64,000 bases of DNA from Takakia lepidozioides (lineage: Eukaryota > Plantae > Bryophyta), in assembly GCA_030704615.1 (NCBI GenBank), contig CM060731.1, positions 71,052,001 to 71,116,000 of the forward strand, given 5' to 3'. The translations under genes were made by a program, and so were the position numbers. Positions 1-12,525 of the stretch are shown here, piece by piece. A model generated the notes under the pieces. The model made no database searches. It was not told where the DNA came from and saw only the letters and a list, made by a program, of their open reading frames with translations. Within the stretch, counting starts at the first letter, position 1. Every line of letters begins with the position of its first letter.

Positions 1-44
1 AGCCTGTTTGTCTCTGTTTCGAAGAAACCCTGGGAATAGCAGAG

Positions 45-62
45 CCCTAAACCCTAAACCCT
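45..62 (+). repeat. Plant telomere-type repeat (CCCTAAA)x2.5, interstitial telo-box; a similar one lies at ~23122-23138
   Basis: ccctaaaccctaaaccct read directly. Confidence 0.6.
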
Positions 63-148
63 GCATTCTTCAGTCCAGTCATACAGCGGAAACTTGTGCT
101 TTAATCGTGATCCTCTATGTTTGAAAGAAAACCCTCAATATCTGAATA

Positions 149-745
149 GATTAAGGTATCGTCAACGATGCCTTAATCAGCCTCCTTCTGTCTGTATCAA
201 ACTCTCTGAATAACCCACCAGCCTTGTCTTCTTTGCTTAAAAAAGCCATGGCAGACTTCAAACTTTAGCACCTCTTTTCTGCTTCACAACAACCCTCAGA
301 AATGAGAATAGGCAAGCTAGAACAAACCTTCGCAGGCTTTGGACGGCCGTTGGAAGACCCCTTCTCCGCAGGTCGCATTGTTCCTTGCACTTGTGTCTTC
401 CCCTTCACTCGTGGCCGTGTGTCCACTGGCTGCTCCACTGTTGCCCTAGCCCGCTGCGGAGAGTGAACCCTGGGCACCTCCTCCTCAGTCACCACGTTGA
501 CGTCCACTTCAGGGTTCTGGTCTGGTGCGTTCTTCTTGGCTGGTATCTCTCGGAGACTCTCCCAAGCTTTCTTCCGTTTCCTCTGAAAAACATCACACAT
601 TGTTTGAAAGACAAATCAGGCCCATTTTGAGCTTGTGTTGACGACACCTTAATTTGGCACTGCATTGGAACATGAGGGAAACATAGAGGAGGGTAAGGCG
701 GGGAGGATGCGATTGCAGATTAAGCTGTCGTCAACGACATCTTAA
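149..745. repeat. Family-A palindromes, consensus approximately TTAAGGTGTCG-TCAA-CGACACCTTAA (149-178, 720-745, half-site 634-652)
   Basis: gattaaggtatcg-tcaa-cgatgccttaatc and ttaagctgtcg-tcaa-cgacatcttaa, each with one arm mismatch. Confidence 0.75.
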
Positions 746-1290
746 AATGCAGGGCATACTTTGATGGCTCCACTAGTTTTCATCTCTAACAATGCAAAAA
801 CAAACTGAACTGTGCATGGCAATGGTGGTGCTACCTGAAGGAGACTCTGTTCAGCACTGTCCGTCTCCAAATCCACTACTCGCATGCTGCCTCCCACTTG
901 TGCCTTGTCCTTCAACGCCCGCAAAGACAGCGTTGTGTTGGCTTGGTGCTCCCGGGTATTCACGGCCACCTGCTTTGTTACGACCTCCTGCACAGGAGTA
1001 ACATCACTGCCTGGCATGCCTTCCTCCTCTCTTATAGGTGGCATTCTTTCCATCCCAGCCTCACGCAAAAGGGGAAGTTCCAAAAACTCCTCCAACTGCT
1101 TTTCCACAGACGGCTCCGCAACTCCCCTATTCTGTAACCCTTTGCCAGCAGATCCCTCCCCTTCACGGTCACTCTCCCCCTCGGAAAGATCAAGCGCCCT
1201 CCGAGTCTTCCTCATTCTCTCTCTGGCTTTCAACCTCTGCCTTGCCGACGTGTAGTAAAGACACTTCCTACGCGTCCTCTTCTTTGCACT
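265..1290 (-). pseudogene. Probable 5' exons (charged, low complexity) of a transposon cargo gene running off the left edge; possibly the N-terminus of another ParB-MTase gene
   Basis: ORFs 742-1233 and 265-600 are flanked by intron-like segments containing family palindromes. They lie divergent from a transposase N-terminus, the same layout as at 3068-7240. No domain recognised. Confidence 0.3.
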
Positions 1291-1661
1291 AACAATGACG
1301 TTCTTGGGAGGGTCCAGTGTGAATAGTTCGAAATGACACTAACGGGACACTCATCCAACACTCCATTAGGGTCCACGAAACGGATGGATGGACGGCGGTT
1401 GGTGTTTCATCTCCAAAATCATCCGTTTAGGATTATCCCAAAAAACAGAGACGGCTCTTAATTGACTTGTTCAAATTGCGGCTGGTGGGGTTGTCTGCTG
1501 TGCAACTTGGGAATGGCCAACTGGCATGGACCATCATTGCCGGTCTGGGCCCTTTTAGTGCATGAGAATGATGGAAAAGAGAAAGTACACTGTGCGAAGA
1601 TAAACAGTATGAACACAGAATAGGAGTCCCCCACATTGTCCAGTGTGCTTCATCCCAGTCC

Positions 1662-2409
1662 ATGCGTACCATGTCTCCCACCTCAGACGTGGTAACACTG
1701 TACTCCCCTCTGCAAGCCGAGTACCTGAGCGCCGTGGCCGACGACAAGGATTTGATTTGCATAACATTCCGCTTTGAGCCAGGGGCCGTCCATGTGGTCA
1801 GAGAGGTAGTAGTGGGAAGGTCGAGGGAACGCAGGTTCAGAAGCCGCATAAACGGGATGGTTGAAGAGAGTGGAGAGTTCCACCCGCCAAGTACCGCGTT
1901 CATGGAGATCAGAGACGCCTTTCATCGGACACTATACTCACGCCCGGAACAGCAGCTTCGGTGGCGCAAGCGCCAAAGTCGGTCCCCATCAAGACAGAAG
2001 AAACTACCTCCACGACATTTGTCGAGCTCTCGGATAGTTTGGAAGACGATGTCACGGAGGTCCCTCTTCCTACGAACCCTCCTATACTGGTAGACCCGAT
2101 GTCCAGGAGATCATTAGTATCATTCCCAAGTTGCAGTCGTTGAGAGGATTGCCAGGATGCAAGAGCGATGTGAGAGGCATTGTTTGGGAAACACAGCGGA
2201 TCCAAAGAGCGAAATTTCTACCCCCTTACTTTGATGGAGACATCGTTTTTGAATTGCCACCTCCGACGTCATGTGGAGGTTTGGCTGGACTCATGGCGGG
2301 CATGGACAAGAAACACGATGGACACCCATGGTGTCGGACTAAAACTTCCAATATCTGTAATCCGCATGGCCTGAAGTTTCGGAGATCCATTTGCGCTGGG
2401 CACTTGCGT
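1662..2409 (+). pseudogene. 5' part of a Mutator-like transposase with a GCM/WRKY-like Zn DNA-binding region, frameshifted and truncated
   Basis: FLPPYFDGDIVFELPP...DGHPWCRTKTSNI...FRRSICAGHL resembles the GCM pattern (DGW..RNTNN...KKSCLG). The N-terminus is paralogous to 6603-7240 (ITFRFEPGAV vs SKFKLKPGTV; VELSDSLEDDVTEVP vs FDISDEEDECIEVP). Confidence 0.6.
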
Positions 2410-3067
2410 GTCGCGGCCCTTTGCCTTGAGGGCAGGGGGTCGGGACACATGAGGGGCTGCCCCTGTGGTGGGGGCAGCGGCAGCGATAGGTATGGGGGGC
2501 TGAAGCACCCTTGAGTGCCCAAGGCGCTCAAGAAGGCGGAGGCGCTCACTAGGTGGAGCCCCGCACACCGGGTTGCGGTGGGGGTGGCTCCACAAGGGGT
2601 GGTGGTAGCTTAGCGGGACTTAGTGGGGGTGGCATAGGACTCACCATGGGGGCGGAGACCTCGTGGTGGGAGTCGTGGGGAGTCTTGGGACTCATCACGG
2701 TCCATAGGGGCCGTGGTGAGTGGGCCAAGACTCACCGCGACTCATCACCGGGAGTCGAGGGTTTTCGTGGTGGTTTGCCATAAAATGGCATGGCTGGTTG
2801 TGAAACCCCCGCGGACAGCTATAGAAGTATATATAGGGAGTAGTAACCCCGAGAACGGTGCAAGCCCGTTGGTGACCAAAAACTAGTGAGTAAGCGAACG
2901 AGCCGGAAAGCGACCAAAGAGTGGGGAGCTGTTCCGGACTGCCAACTACCAAAGGGAATTCCCGCTGGGCCGAAATCGGTGGAGGGTTCTTTGGGAGATC
3001 AAAGGGGGACCGTTATGCCCCGGTGAGCAGCCGAAGCTCCAAGTTGGCCCGGCGGCCAGGTTGGGCC
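2409..3067. mobile_element. GC-rich insertion, possibly an LTR fragment, separating two truncated genes
   Basis: Starts TGTCGC exactly where the GCM-like homology stops. Contains a TATA-like tatatatagg (~2828). No TSD or partner LTR found. Confidence 0.3.
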
Positions 3068-4333
3068 TTCACCTTGAGGATGACACACTCCACCATGTGA
3101 TGCCAGCCAATATGCTTGGCATGGTTCTGCTTGATGTACTCCCACCAGGCAAGAAGTCGGTGATTCCCGTCCCTCACAAAGAACATTTTACCCGACATAT
3201 GGCCGAAGTCTGGATCACCCTTCAGCGTTGCCTCGAATTAGTCGTTGCGAATGTGCCAGTGGGTATCCCATGCTGACAATTCATCCGCAGTGGGTCCACG
3301 AGTTTGGCCGTCCTCATTCTCAATGGAAACGTAGAAGGCTGGCGAACCTAGACGGTACCCTTCTCGAAATGCAAACTTGAGCTTATCCACATCTCCGAGA
3401 AGTGTCTGCTTGACGATGGGTAGGGAGACCATGCGACAGAGTGGGATTCGAAGAGTCCGCTGGAATACCCTGCTGCCCAAAACTCTGCCAATGCTACTGT
3501 GTGTCTCCTCCAACATTGTATCCGTTGCACTTTGGAATTTCTCTAGAGACATTTCTGCAGGTGGCGGTAGGGGCTGAGGAGCTGGATCATCCCCAACTGG
3601 AGCTGCACTCTGGGGAATCTTTGCGGGCAATTCTGGCATTGTAGAGGCCTCCTCCGGGCCTGCAGTATTCTGAAGATCTTCCTCAATGGTGGTCAAGTCT
3701 TGCTGCGAACGTTGAGCAGCAGCACCCTCCTCCGCTGACAAATCGACGAAATCGGTCGATCCCATTGCCTTCGTTGCAGCAGAAACGCCCCCAACATCAC
3801 CAGGCTGGAAATCAAGCAGGAACTGGGCTTCAGCTCGTGGAATCAATTTTGCGGGAGACTACTCCGCCCTCCCCCTGATTGCCTTCTGCTTCCTCATTCT
3901 TGCAGGTGAAGGTGTCTGCTGCATTTGAATCTGCCCTATACCCTTCTACTTCATTCGCTTGGGTGGGGGGGAAACGGCCTGGTCCAGTTCAGACACCAGT
4001 TGAAGGACAAGCTGCTTCTTCTTCATCTTTGCTAGAGAAGGGCCCGACCCCTGCTGGCGATTCTCCATGACCTTCGAACGCGAGTCGCTCTCTAGGGCTT
4101 TGAACTGCAAAGACTTGCCCTTCCAGGCCGCGTCCTTGAAACGCACAGGGCTAGGCCCGGTAGGAAGACCCGTGCTCGTGGATCGGCTGGGTGTATGTGC
4201 TGCAGCTAGCTCCACGGACTCTTACTGTGGCTCTTCGGATTCCTGCGATCCCTCCAGCACCTCCACCTTTCCAGTTAGGTATGCAAACATCTTCTGCATT
4301 CAAGTCTCCTAGCATACAGTCTAAGAATTGCAC
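3068..4333 (-). pseudogene. ParB/Sulfiredoxin-like domain gene (5' half of ParB-MTase fusion), frameshifted near 3240 and truncated
   Basis: RIPLCRMVSLPIVK...FYVS...W...SGKMFFVRDGNHRLLAW...WH; closely matches the paralog at 27172-27761. DGNHR fits the ParB/Srx GxxR motif. Confidence 0.75.
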
Positions 4334-4829
4334 AAGAAAAATGAGGGGGGTTTCGGTGCTCGATCAGCTGCGCGCCTCCCGATAGCACGGAGCTGTCACT
4401 AGTGGCTGGGTTGCCTGTGTGGCCTGCTGCTGCGAGATGACAATCTCCTCCTGTAGACGCATCTGTTTCCTCCCCTTCGGCATTGGCCTACGTCCGAAGT
4501 ACAATTTGCGGAGCTTGCGACGATGTCTCTTCTCTGGTGCACGAACTCCCTCCCTCTCAGGTTCGAGCATAAGAAAAACAAAGACAGGGAAAAGGGGCGA
4601 AGAGTGCAGATGGAAAGGGCGTAAGAGGGGTGACTGAGTAGACACGACAAAAGAAGATGAAACGGCGGTGATGCACCACTTGGGTTCGAAAGGCTGGGAC
4701 GAAAGTGTCTCCTCGTGGACTATGCGTCATTACAAAAATCACATCGTCAAAGGTACGCCTACCGTCGGCCAAACAGACATCATTAACCAACGGTTAGGCC
4801 GTGCCGCCTCCTACCACAAGTGCAGACAT

Positions 4830-6156
4830 GGAAATGCGGTGCCGCATTTCCGTTCGTCCACGTGTTTAGATATAATGGCATTTGCACAACACCATCTGAT
4901 GAGTTGGATTGGAAAGGGAAATGCAGCGTCGCATTTCCGTTCCAGAGAGTGTAAAGGTTTCAACCGGATGGAAATGCGGCACCGCATTTCCGTTCTAGAG
5001 AGTATAAAGGTATCGCCTGGAGGGAAATGCGGCACCGCATTTCCGTTCGGGAGTGTATAAAGGTTTCACCTGGACCGAAATGCGGTACCGCATTTCGCTT
5101 CCACTGCTATATACCTTACTTGTTGGACGGAAATGCGGCACCGCATTTCCGTTCTGTAGAGTGTAAAGGTTTCACCTGGAGGGAAATGCGGCACCGCATT
5201 TCCGTTCGGGAGTGTGTAAAGGTTTCACCTGGACGGAAATGCGGTACCGCATTTCGGTTCCACTGCTACATACCTTACTTGTTGGACGGAAATGCGGCAC
5301 CGCATTTCCATTCTGTAGAGTGTAAAGCTTTCACCTGGAGGGAAATGCGGCACCGCATTTCCGTTCGGGAGTGTATAAATGTTTCACCTAGACGGAAATG
5401 CGGTACCGCATTTCGGTTCCACTGTTACATACCTTACTTGTTGGACGGAAATGCGGCACCGCATTTCCGTTCGGGAGTGTATAAATGTTTCACCTGGACG
5501 GAAATGCGGTACCGCATTTCGGTTCCACTGCTACATACCTTACTTGTTGGACGGAAATGTGGCACCGCATTTCCGTCCGGGAGAGTATAAAGGTATCAGC
5601 TGGATGGAAATGCGGCAACGCATGTCCGTTCGGGAGAGTATTAAGGTTTCACCTGGACGGAAATGCGGTGCCGCATTTCCGTTCCAGTGCTACATACCTT
5701 ACTTGTTGGACGGAAATGTGGCACCGCATTTCCGTCCGGGAGAGTATAAAGGCATTAGCTGGACGGAAATGCAGCACCGCATTTCTGTTGCAGAGAGTAT
5801 AAAGGTATCACATAGACGGAAATGCGGCAACGCATGTCCGTTCGGGAGAGTATTAAGGAAAACCTGGACGGAAATGCGGCACAACATTTCCGTTCGGGAG
5901 ACTAAGAAGGTTTCACCTGGATGGAAATGCGGTGCCGCATTTCGGTTCCACTACAAAATACCTTACTTGTTGGACGGAAATGCGGCACCGCATTTCCGTT
6001 GGGAAGAGTATAAATGATTCACCTGGACGGAAATGCGGTTCCTCATTTCCGTTCTGGAGAGTGTAAAGGTTTAATCTGGACGGAAATGCGGTGCCGCATA
6101 TCCGTTTTGGAGAGTGTAAAGGTTTCACATGGACGGAAATTCGGCACCGTCCTCTG
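4830..6156. repeat. Tandem array of the 22-bp palindrome GGAAATGCGG-CA-CCGCATTTCC: 24 copies at 53-bp period plus one outlier at 4830
   Basis: Copies start at 4917, 4970, 5023 ... 6082, 6135 (one 52-bp step). The 31-bp spacers are of 2-3 recurring types, giving a 159-bp higher-order unit. Confidence 0.95.
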
Positions 6157-6602
6157 GATTCCCCTGAAAGAGCACGGACAGAAAATCGACACCACATATT
6201 CGTTCCAGTCGATGAAAGCCATGTTCAGTGTGATGCATTGTTCCGAAACAGCACTATTGCGGCCTGTCTTAATGAGCAGAACTTGGGTGTCTTACAGTTT
6301 AAACTAACAGTCCAAGCACTTGTCAGTGTAAACGTTCATGTCTGCACCGAGAATACTACTGGATGTACCCTCAGGAGAGACTGTCAGGAGTTGCTATTTA
6401 TTCGCCGAATCGGCCATCATTGTCATATTTATTGTCATATCACACCTCCCACCTTCACGCATGTAGCTTGAGACATTCTTTTCCACTTCAATGTGCAACT
6501 TCCAATCGTGGATGGACTCCGCAGTTCCAATTACGTGGTGCCTGTGAGCCTTGGTCTGTCCCTATAGTGAACCTCGCACTTGCCAAATTCGTGCTGTGTT
6601 CG

Positions 6603-7240
6603 ATGGCTCCCAATTCCTACGCTATAGTTTGTTGTCCTCCCCAACTTGGCCGAGCCTGGATCCCAAACGAGGGAGGACTTTGCAGAGTGACTGAAACTTA
6701 CCTTTGTTCCAAATTCAAGCTCAAACCGGGCACAGTTTATTTGGAAGAAGAAAGGAAGGATGTTCTTGGACAGGTTGACGAGACCATTGTCGTGCTAGGT
6801 AACGATGGAGGTTGCGGAATCGAGTGGCACGTACCCCCATCAGACACCACCTTGTACCAAGCTGTGGGAATGCCCATTCCCTTTCCGAATCAGTCGCTTC
6901 CGATACCATCCACAAAGGAGTCGGGAAACCGACAGGCGGCCACTGCCACCAGAGAGGTATGCAACAATAATCATTCCCAACCTGGACCGTCAAGACCCTC
7001 CATCGCTTCTCGTGTCGAGGTATTCGACATTTCCGACGAAGAAGATGAGTGCATTGAGGTCCCCATGTCCTCCACACGGTCGTTCAAATCCGACATGGAC
7101 GTCTCTGCAGGTGCTACGCATGTACCCTCGAGTTGTCGAAGTCCGGGCATGTGCAATTAGGAAAATTCCCAATAGTAATGTCATAAGTCCTATCATGAAG
7201 AACCGATCCCGAAGTCACCATACTGTACACCCGCCCATAG
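6603..7240 (+). pseudogene. N-terminal fragment of a Mutator-like transposase gene, paralog of 1662-2100
   Basis: Shared motifs with the 1662 ORF; divergent from the ParB gene across the palindrome array. Confidence 0.45.
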
Positions 7241-7241
7241 C

Positions 7242-8730
7242 CTAGAGGGCGGACATTAACAATTTGGGTAACCCGACACTACAGGGTTCTCGCAGACTCA
7301 ATTTTGCACTAGTTATTTGCACCTGCCTCAACACGACGAACCGGTTTTCCATTTGCATCACCACAATCGGTCTCCTCAACCGGCAGCAGCGTCCGTCCTT
7401 CTCCCCGTGCCGGAGCTGTCGCATATGTTGCATCGAAATCTGCAGAAGAACCCGCATCCACAGATGGAGAAGTACATCCGAAATTGGGTGGCACAGGCAC
7501 ACGAGGTATGGAGAAATTGTCTCTATCATGCCGATGGGAGTCACCAGCCGATCCTGGAGGGGTGTCCAGTTTGCGCTTGCATGATCCGAATCTTTCCTCA
7601 CCTTCCAGATGTGGGAGTCTGGACTGCAAAGGTGTTCCAATCGTGTACTCGTTAACAACCCGCGCCATTTTTGCAGGATGCTTGCATCTGTTAGCAGCCC
7701 TGAGCAGCAACTCCGCCCTGTCCGGCCCCTTACCAGCACCCCGTCCCCTGAGAAAGTCTCGGTACTTTGTTTGTTGCGAAAGAGCGCGGATAAGATCATC
7801 TGCAGTTGCAACGTAAAGGTTCCGGGCGTTCTTACTGGATTGTGCCATCCACATACTATGAATAGTCTCCGCGAGATTGCAGGATGGCATATCCGCAATG
7901 TCTTCCAGTGACATATTCTGTAGGTAAATGCCACACACATGCCACTGTTATGTGGAGCAGCATTCGACTGGACTGGACAGGACAGCAAGGCCGCTGGTGC
8001 ACACCCCCATATATATAAGAAGAATTGAAAATCATGGTAGTTTGAGTCAACTTACAGCGGTCATGAAGGCACCCCACTGTCTGTATCTGAAGTGCCAAAA
8101 GCCCAACCAGTCTTCTAGCTCTTTGATCCCCTCCAGACTCGCCGCCTCAGAGGAGTACCACCATGCTCTGATAGTCTGAAACATGGCATTTGCTTCCCTT
8201 TCTGTGGTGGCATCTTTGTATAGACGGCATAGTCGCAGGTGCTCCTCTTGCAACTCCAATTTTATGGAATTTTTTGTGTGCCGACAAAGGGACTGGGTCC
8301 AATGAAAGAGGGAAGTGCGTTCCCGGCCTTGCATTGGTATTTTCGGGTCACCAGAGCCAAACACAGTCTGCACAACATTCCAATTAGCTTGTGCGCTGTC
8401 TACCATGAACCCTGTGAAATTTGCATCTAGCAAACCATGAACTCTCATGACGTTAACTAGAGCCTTCCACATAAGAATTTGGGACTTTGTGTCCTCCGAC
8501 TACATGTCACAAACAGCAATAGTCATAACTCGCTGGTACGTAGGATCCCCCGGCCTGCATTCTACGAACCAAGCTAACTCCAGAACCCTCCGCAACAGTG
8601 GAAATCTTGAACAAGTATACTTTTTGGGACCCCTGTCCTGGGAAAACATTGTCCTGGATGAAGGCGTATCGACTTCTCCCTGCTCAAGAATGCCATGGCG
8701 GACCTCAACTCGTAAGATACTCATACCCTC
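7242..8730 (-). pseudogene. Mutator-like (MULE) DDE transposase core and C-terminal region, degraded
   Basis: RVMTIAVCDM*SED...FTGFMVDSAQANWNVVQTVFG...LFHWTQSL...WLGFWHFRY...CNLAETIHS fits the MULE D...D-x-A...CxxH...N-x-x-E pattern. Intron-like gap ~7985-8050; stops and frameshifts. Confidence 0.75.
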
Positions 8731-8823
8731 CCAAGCACGTTCGAAATGCGGTGCCGCATTTCGGTTTCCAATCTGTTTTGTTTCCGTGCTTCCGTGGACT
8801 GAACTAGAGAGTGTGCCGTGCAG

Positions 8824-11819
8824 GATCACTGAAAATGCGTACGTGCATACCCACATGGCACATATGCTGTACAGGGTTAGGAAAATTGGTCTCACTGATC
8901 CGCACATGTTTGCGGAAATGCTGGAGCTCGAGCTCATTCAGAAAGCCGTGGCAAAAAAAGACCGGACATGGTATCGTCTCACTATGGATGGAATGGTGGA
9001 GGTGATATACGAAGTAAGTCGTCCTCCCATTTCCCTCTGCTCATCCTTCCCCAATTTTCAGTAATCTTTCCACATGAATCGAATGTAACGCTTCTGCATA
9101 TTTTTGTTGGCAGTCAACATCAGCTGGATTTGGCCCATGCCAAACGCTTCTTCATGGAAAGTGAGGGGCAGGTCAAAACGTTGCAGTCATTGACTGAGCA
9201 CTTGAAGGAGGCCGGGGTCAAGTCCAGAACCAAATACAAGTCAAAGCTTGTGAAGCTGGTGGCCATTGCAGATCCGGCACTTGGAAAGGACTTCATCCCC
9301 GAGATTGCAAAACACTATTCTTGGGCCATGCAGCCGACCATGCAGTTGGAGAAACTGCATCACCTCTCAACGGCATGTGTTGAGGCGAAAGAGAAGGTGA
9401 GGTTTCATTACACTGAAGTTCCTTCCTAGCAATAGCCACTCGACTTCCTGCTCCTGACATTGGATCGGAAATGGCAAACACGGTGGCTGTCAATCTGGAA
9501 TGCATCAGAGAGTATAAGGACAATGTGGTCTTTTCCACTCGAAGTTTCCGACCCTGCAATGGATGTGTGGCTCAACCGCATGACTTGGTGGTTCCAGGTA
9601 ATTCAAGGTACTTCCCCCGATTTGCTTTTCTGAAATGAATTCCGTGAACTGCTACGTGACAATGCATGTGGGAATCGCAGGTAATGACGAATGCGAAGGA
9701 GCAAGTCGTAATGCATACAAATTTGTTCGGCTTGTATGTCAAATGGGATGGAACACAGACATTGGAAGACTACGTGACACGTTTCAGATGTGCGTACAAG
9801 GACAACCTCTTCGTCAGGGAGCTACAGACAGCAAGAAGGAGCATAGAGTTTACACATCAGGAGGGAGCGGGAAAAGCTGCAATGCGAATTGTTTACAGGT
9901 GAAGCCTAGCTGCCCTTGTATGCGAAGCTTGGTTATGAGGTTTGTCTGGGAAATGCGGCACCGCATTCGCATTTTATGTTTTCGGTTGCACTCTGCGATT
10001 ACGTTGGTCTCAACTTCTGCTCACGCATGCTGACTGCCTTGCAGGTATATGAAATACGTGCTTCTTTAGACAGGGGCCCTAGCTCAAGAGCCCCCGTTCT
10101 TCATGGCTTGGACCGTGGCGGGCCCAAGCTGTGTCTACACACCCGAGATGCAGAAACAATGGCATGCCGCGCATCTCGTTGGATGTCCATGGTACCTGGA
10201 TATGTCTGGCGGAATTGTTGACGAGTCTGAGAAAGATCTGCACGCGAAAGCAGAAGAGAAGAGAAAAGAAAGACGTGTCCCTGCTGGGCCAGAGTCAGCA
10301 AAGGAAGCTGCTGCTCTGGAACAATCCAGAAAGGCAGCTGAGATGGCACAGAAGACGGTAGATGCAGCTGTGCAGGCTCAACAAAAGGGGTCGAAGAAGA
10401 GGACTCGCCAGCAAGGAGCAGCAGTTCTGACACCCAAGAAAACGAAGAAGCAGAAACAGAAAGAGCAGGAAGAGGGTGACGAAGAGGACTCCGATGGAGA
10501 CTTTGCAACCAGCCCACCCCCCGAAACGCAGCCAAAATCCCCTGTGCCCACCGTTGTCACGAAAGGGACGAAAACAGGCTCGGCAAAGAAGACACTCTTC
10601 AACCCCCCGGGGGGGCACCTTTTCGAGCCGGTGGAAATTAAGAGGCCGAAAGTGGAGCCCGATACAGTAGTCCAGTGTGTCAATGAGAGTTTCTTGGCGG
10701 CTTTGGATGGACGGGCAGCCAAGTTGGCATACATGAAGACCATGGAGGGTCTGAAGGGCAGAGCACTGAAGAAGGCGGCTGCCGAAGAGCCTTCCGACAC
10801 CCCTGGGTTTCTGAAGATGGTCTCGTTCTTTGAGAGGGTGTGTGCAGACAAGGATTGTAGGAGGGGCGGAAAAGCCACCGAGTGGTCTTGCGATATGATC
10901 ATCTTGGATATTCCGGACGGAGAGCCTGTGGAAGGACTGCAAGCTTTGCCATCTTGGAACAGGTACTCCGAGGACTTTTGGAAGAAAGGATTCGGGCTCG
11001 CCCGCATGGTGTTGGACAATAGAGGCTGTGTGGTTGTCCTGGCGAGCAGAGGCAAAAACACGCAGACACGAATTGCGAAGTGGACCCGCAAGAGCGCCGT
11101 CCCAATTATGAAGAAGAAGTGGACGTGCATCAACACATTGGGCCTTCGGTCGGAAGGGAAGAAGGTAATTACGACATTGACACTCGTCCTTTCATTTTGT
11201 TAGGTATTTTGAAATGCGGTGCCGCATTCGATTTCTAATCATTCCCCACTGTGTATGCAGACGAAGCAGTTCGATGCATACGGCTTTGTGAAGGAGAACT
11301 CCACCTTTGCTTTCCGGAAGGATGGATTGTTGGTTGACCCGAACTGCGACCCCATCGATTGCGACGTCCTGTTCAACAACGTTCCCACGGAACTTCTCCC
11401 TCATAGCCTCACTTCAACGGAACCCCTGCGGTATTCATGGACTCGGCGCCCTGCCTTCATTCAGACAATTATGGAGACATGCACTGACCTGGAGGGCACA
11501 GTGCTCGACCTCATCTGTGGGACAAGTATGTAGAATCTTGTACTATGCTGTTCTGCAAATTCTCGTTATGCTTTAATTCGCAACATATGAAGGGCCATGT
11601 TATAATGTGTGGATGGCATTGTAACAGGTGCCTCAATGTGGGCTAGGCGGTTTTCCGACCGGCACCTCTTTGTCTACGAGGAGGGTCTGGGGATCCCATC
11701 TGGAAGGGCTTCAACGGAATGTCAAGACTCCCATCGAAGCCAAAGATTCCTCGGATTCGTCGGAGTCGGAGGAAGAGACAGTGGACATTGATGCCGAGGA
11801 GAACCCGGAATACGAGTGA
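8824..11819 (+). pseudogene. 3' exons of ParB-MTase fusion gene: beta-class N4C/N6A DNA methyltransferase-like (N6_N4_Mtase fold), copy 1
   Basis: Exons approx. 8824-9013, 9124-9396, 10045-11164, 11261-11525, 11628-. Motif IV-like CDMIILDIPD...W...LARMVLDNRGCVVV, then TRRPAFIQTIMETCTDLEGTVLDLICGT|.ASMWARRFSDRHLFVYE (motifs X-I-II in beta order). In-frame TAG at 10067. Confidence 0.75.
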
Positions 11820-12002
11820 GTGCAAACATTGTAAGTTTGCAAAGCCTTCTGGGTGATTTTTTGTCAAACGCATTTCCGGACTGTGGTTCTCATTGGTCTC
11901 GTGGGTGATTGTTATGTGCAGGATTCCAGGATCCGGGTCAAAACATGTAGGGCCTACACTTCCTGCCAGGAAGAATGTCCCGTTTTTGTGAGGGCCGACT
12001 TC

Positions 12003-12389
12003 ATGACGAGCCCGGTGAAGGACTACTCCCTTCCTAGTTCTGCAGCTAAACTCGCAAATACAGCGATTAGACGATGTGAGAATCCCAGTAAAGTAGAGCA
12101 GATTTTGGAGAGGGCTAGGGAGGAAAGAAGGATAAGGAAAGAGTTGGCAGCAGCTGAGACATGTAGACGGGTGCGAAAGTTCATATGTGATTCAGCGGAT
12201 GAGAGCGATGCAGACAGGGAGGACGACAACCCAACGGAGGTGAGATGGTCGGTTCTGCAAGGGGAAGATGGAATTTTTGAAAGCCTGGCCAATGAGCAGT
12301 CTGCTGGACATGAGAATGGCAATGACGGGGTGGAGGCGGAGCAGGATAGTCAAGGACATGACGACAATAGTGATGATTTTCAAGATTAG
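12003..12389 (+). CDS. Small basic/acidic ORF downstream of the MTase gene, unknown function
   Basis: ATG-initiated 128-aa ORF containing RVRKFICDSADESD; a positional counterpart lies at 30378-30626. Confidence 0.35.
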   Translation: MTSPVKDYSLPSSAAKLANTAIRRCENPSKVEQILERAREERRIRKELAAAETCRRVRKFICDSADESDADREDDNPTEVRWSVLQGEDGIFESLANEQSAGHENGNDGVEAEQDSQGHDDNSDDFQD

Positions 12390-12525
12390 TAGAATTTTAA
12401 TGAACTCTCTGTACATTTAAATTCTCTTCCAGAATATATAAAGGAAATTCTCTCCGTCCTTCATGTCCCCTCTCCCATGTGCTTCTCAACGACTCCATCG
12501 TCCAAACCACGTCTCTCCCAAAATC

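Noticed and set aside
45-62. Chromosome end
   Set aside because: Only ~2.5 telomere units, internal
4830-6156. CRISPR array (22-bp palindromic repeat + 31-bp spacers)
   Set aside because: Spacers are recurring copies of 2-3 types rather than unique, there are no cas genes, and the context is eukaryotic with introns
4668-6307. Long ORFs with MRHRIS / KCGTAF / GNAAPHF repeats (also at 12397-13443)
   Set aside because: These are translations of the palindrome arrays, open in several frames and on both strands
10295-11136. Long antisense ORFs over MTase copy 1
   Set aside because: Shadow frames of the plus-strand coding exon
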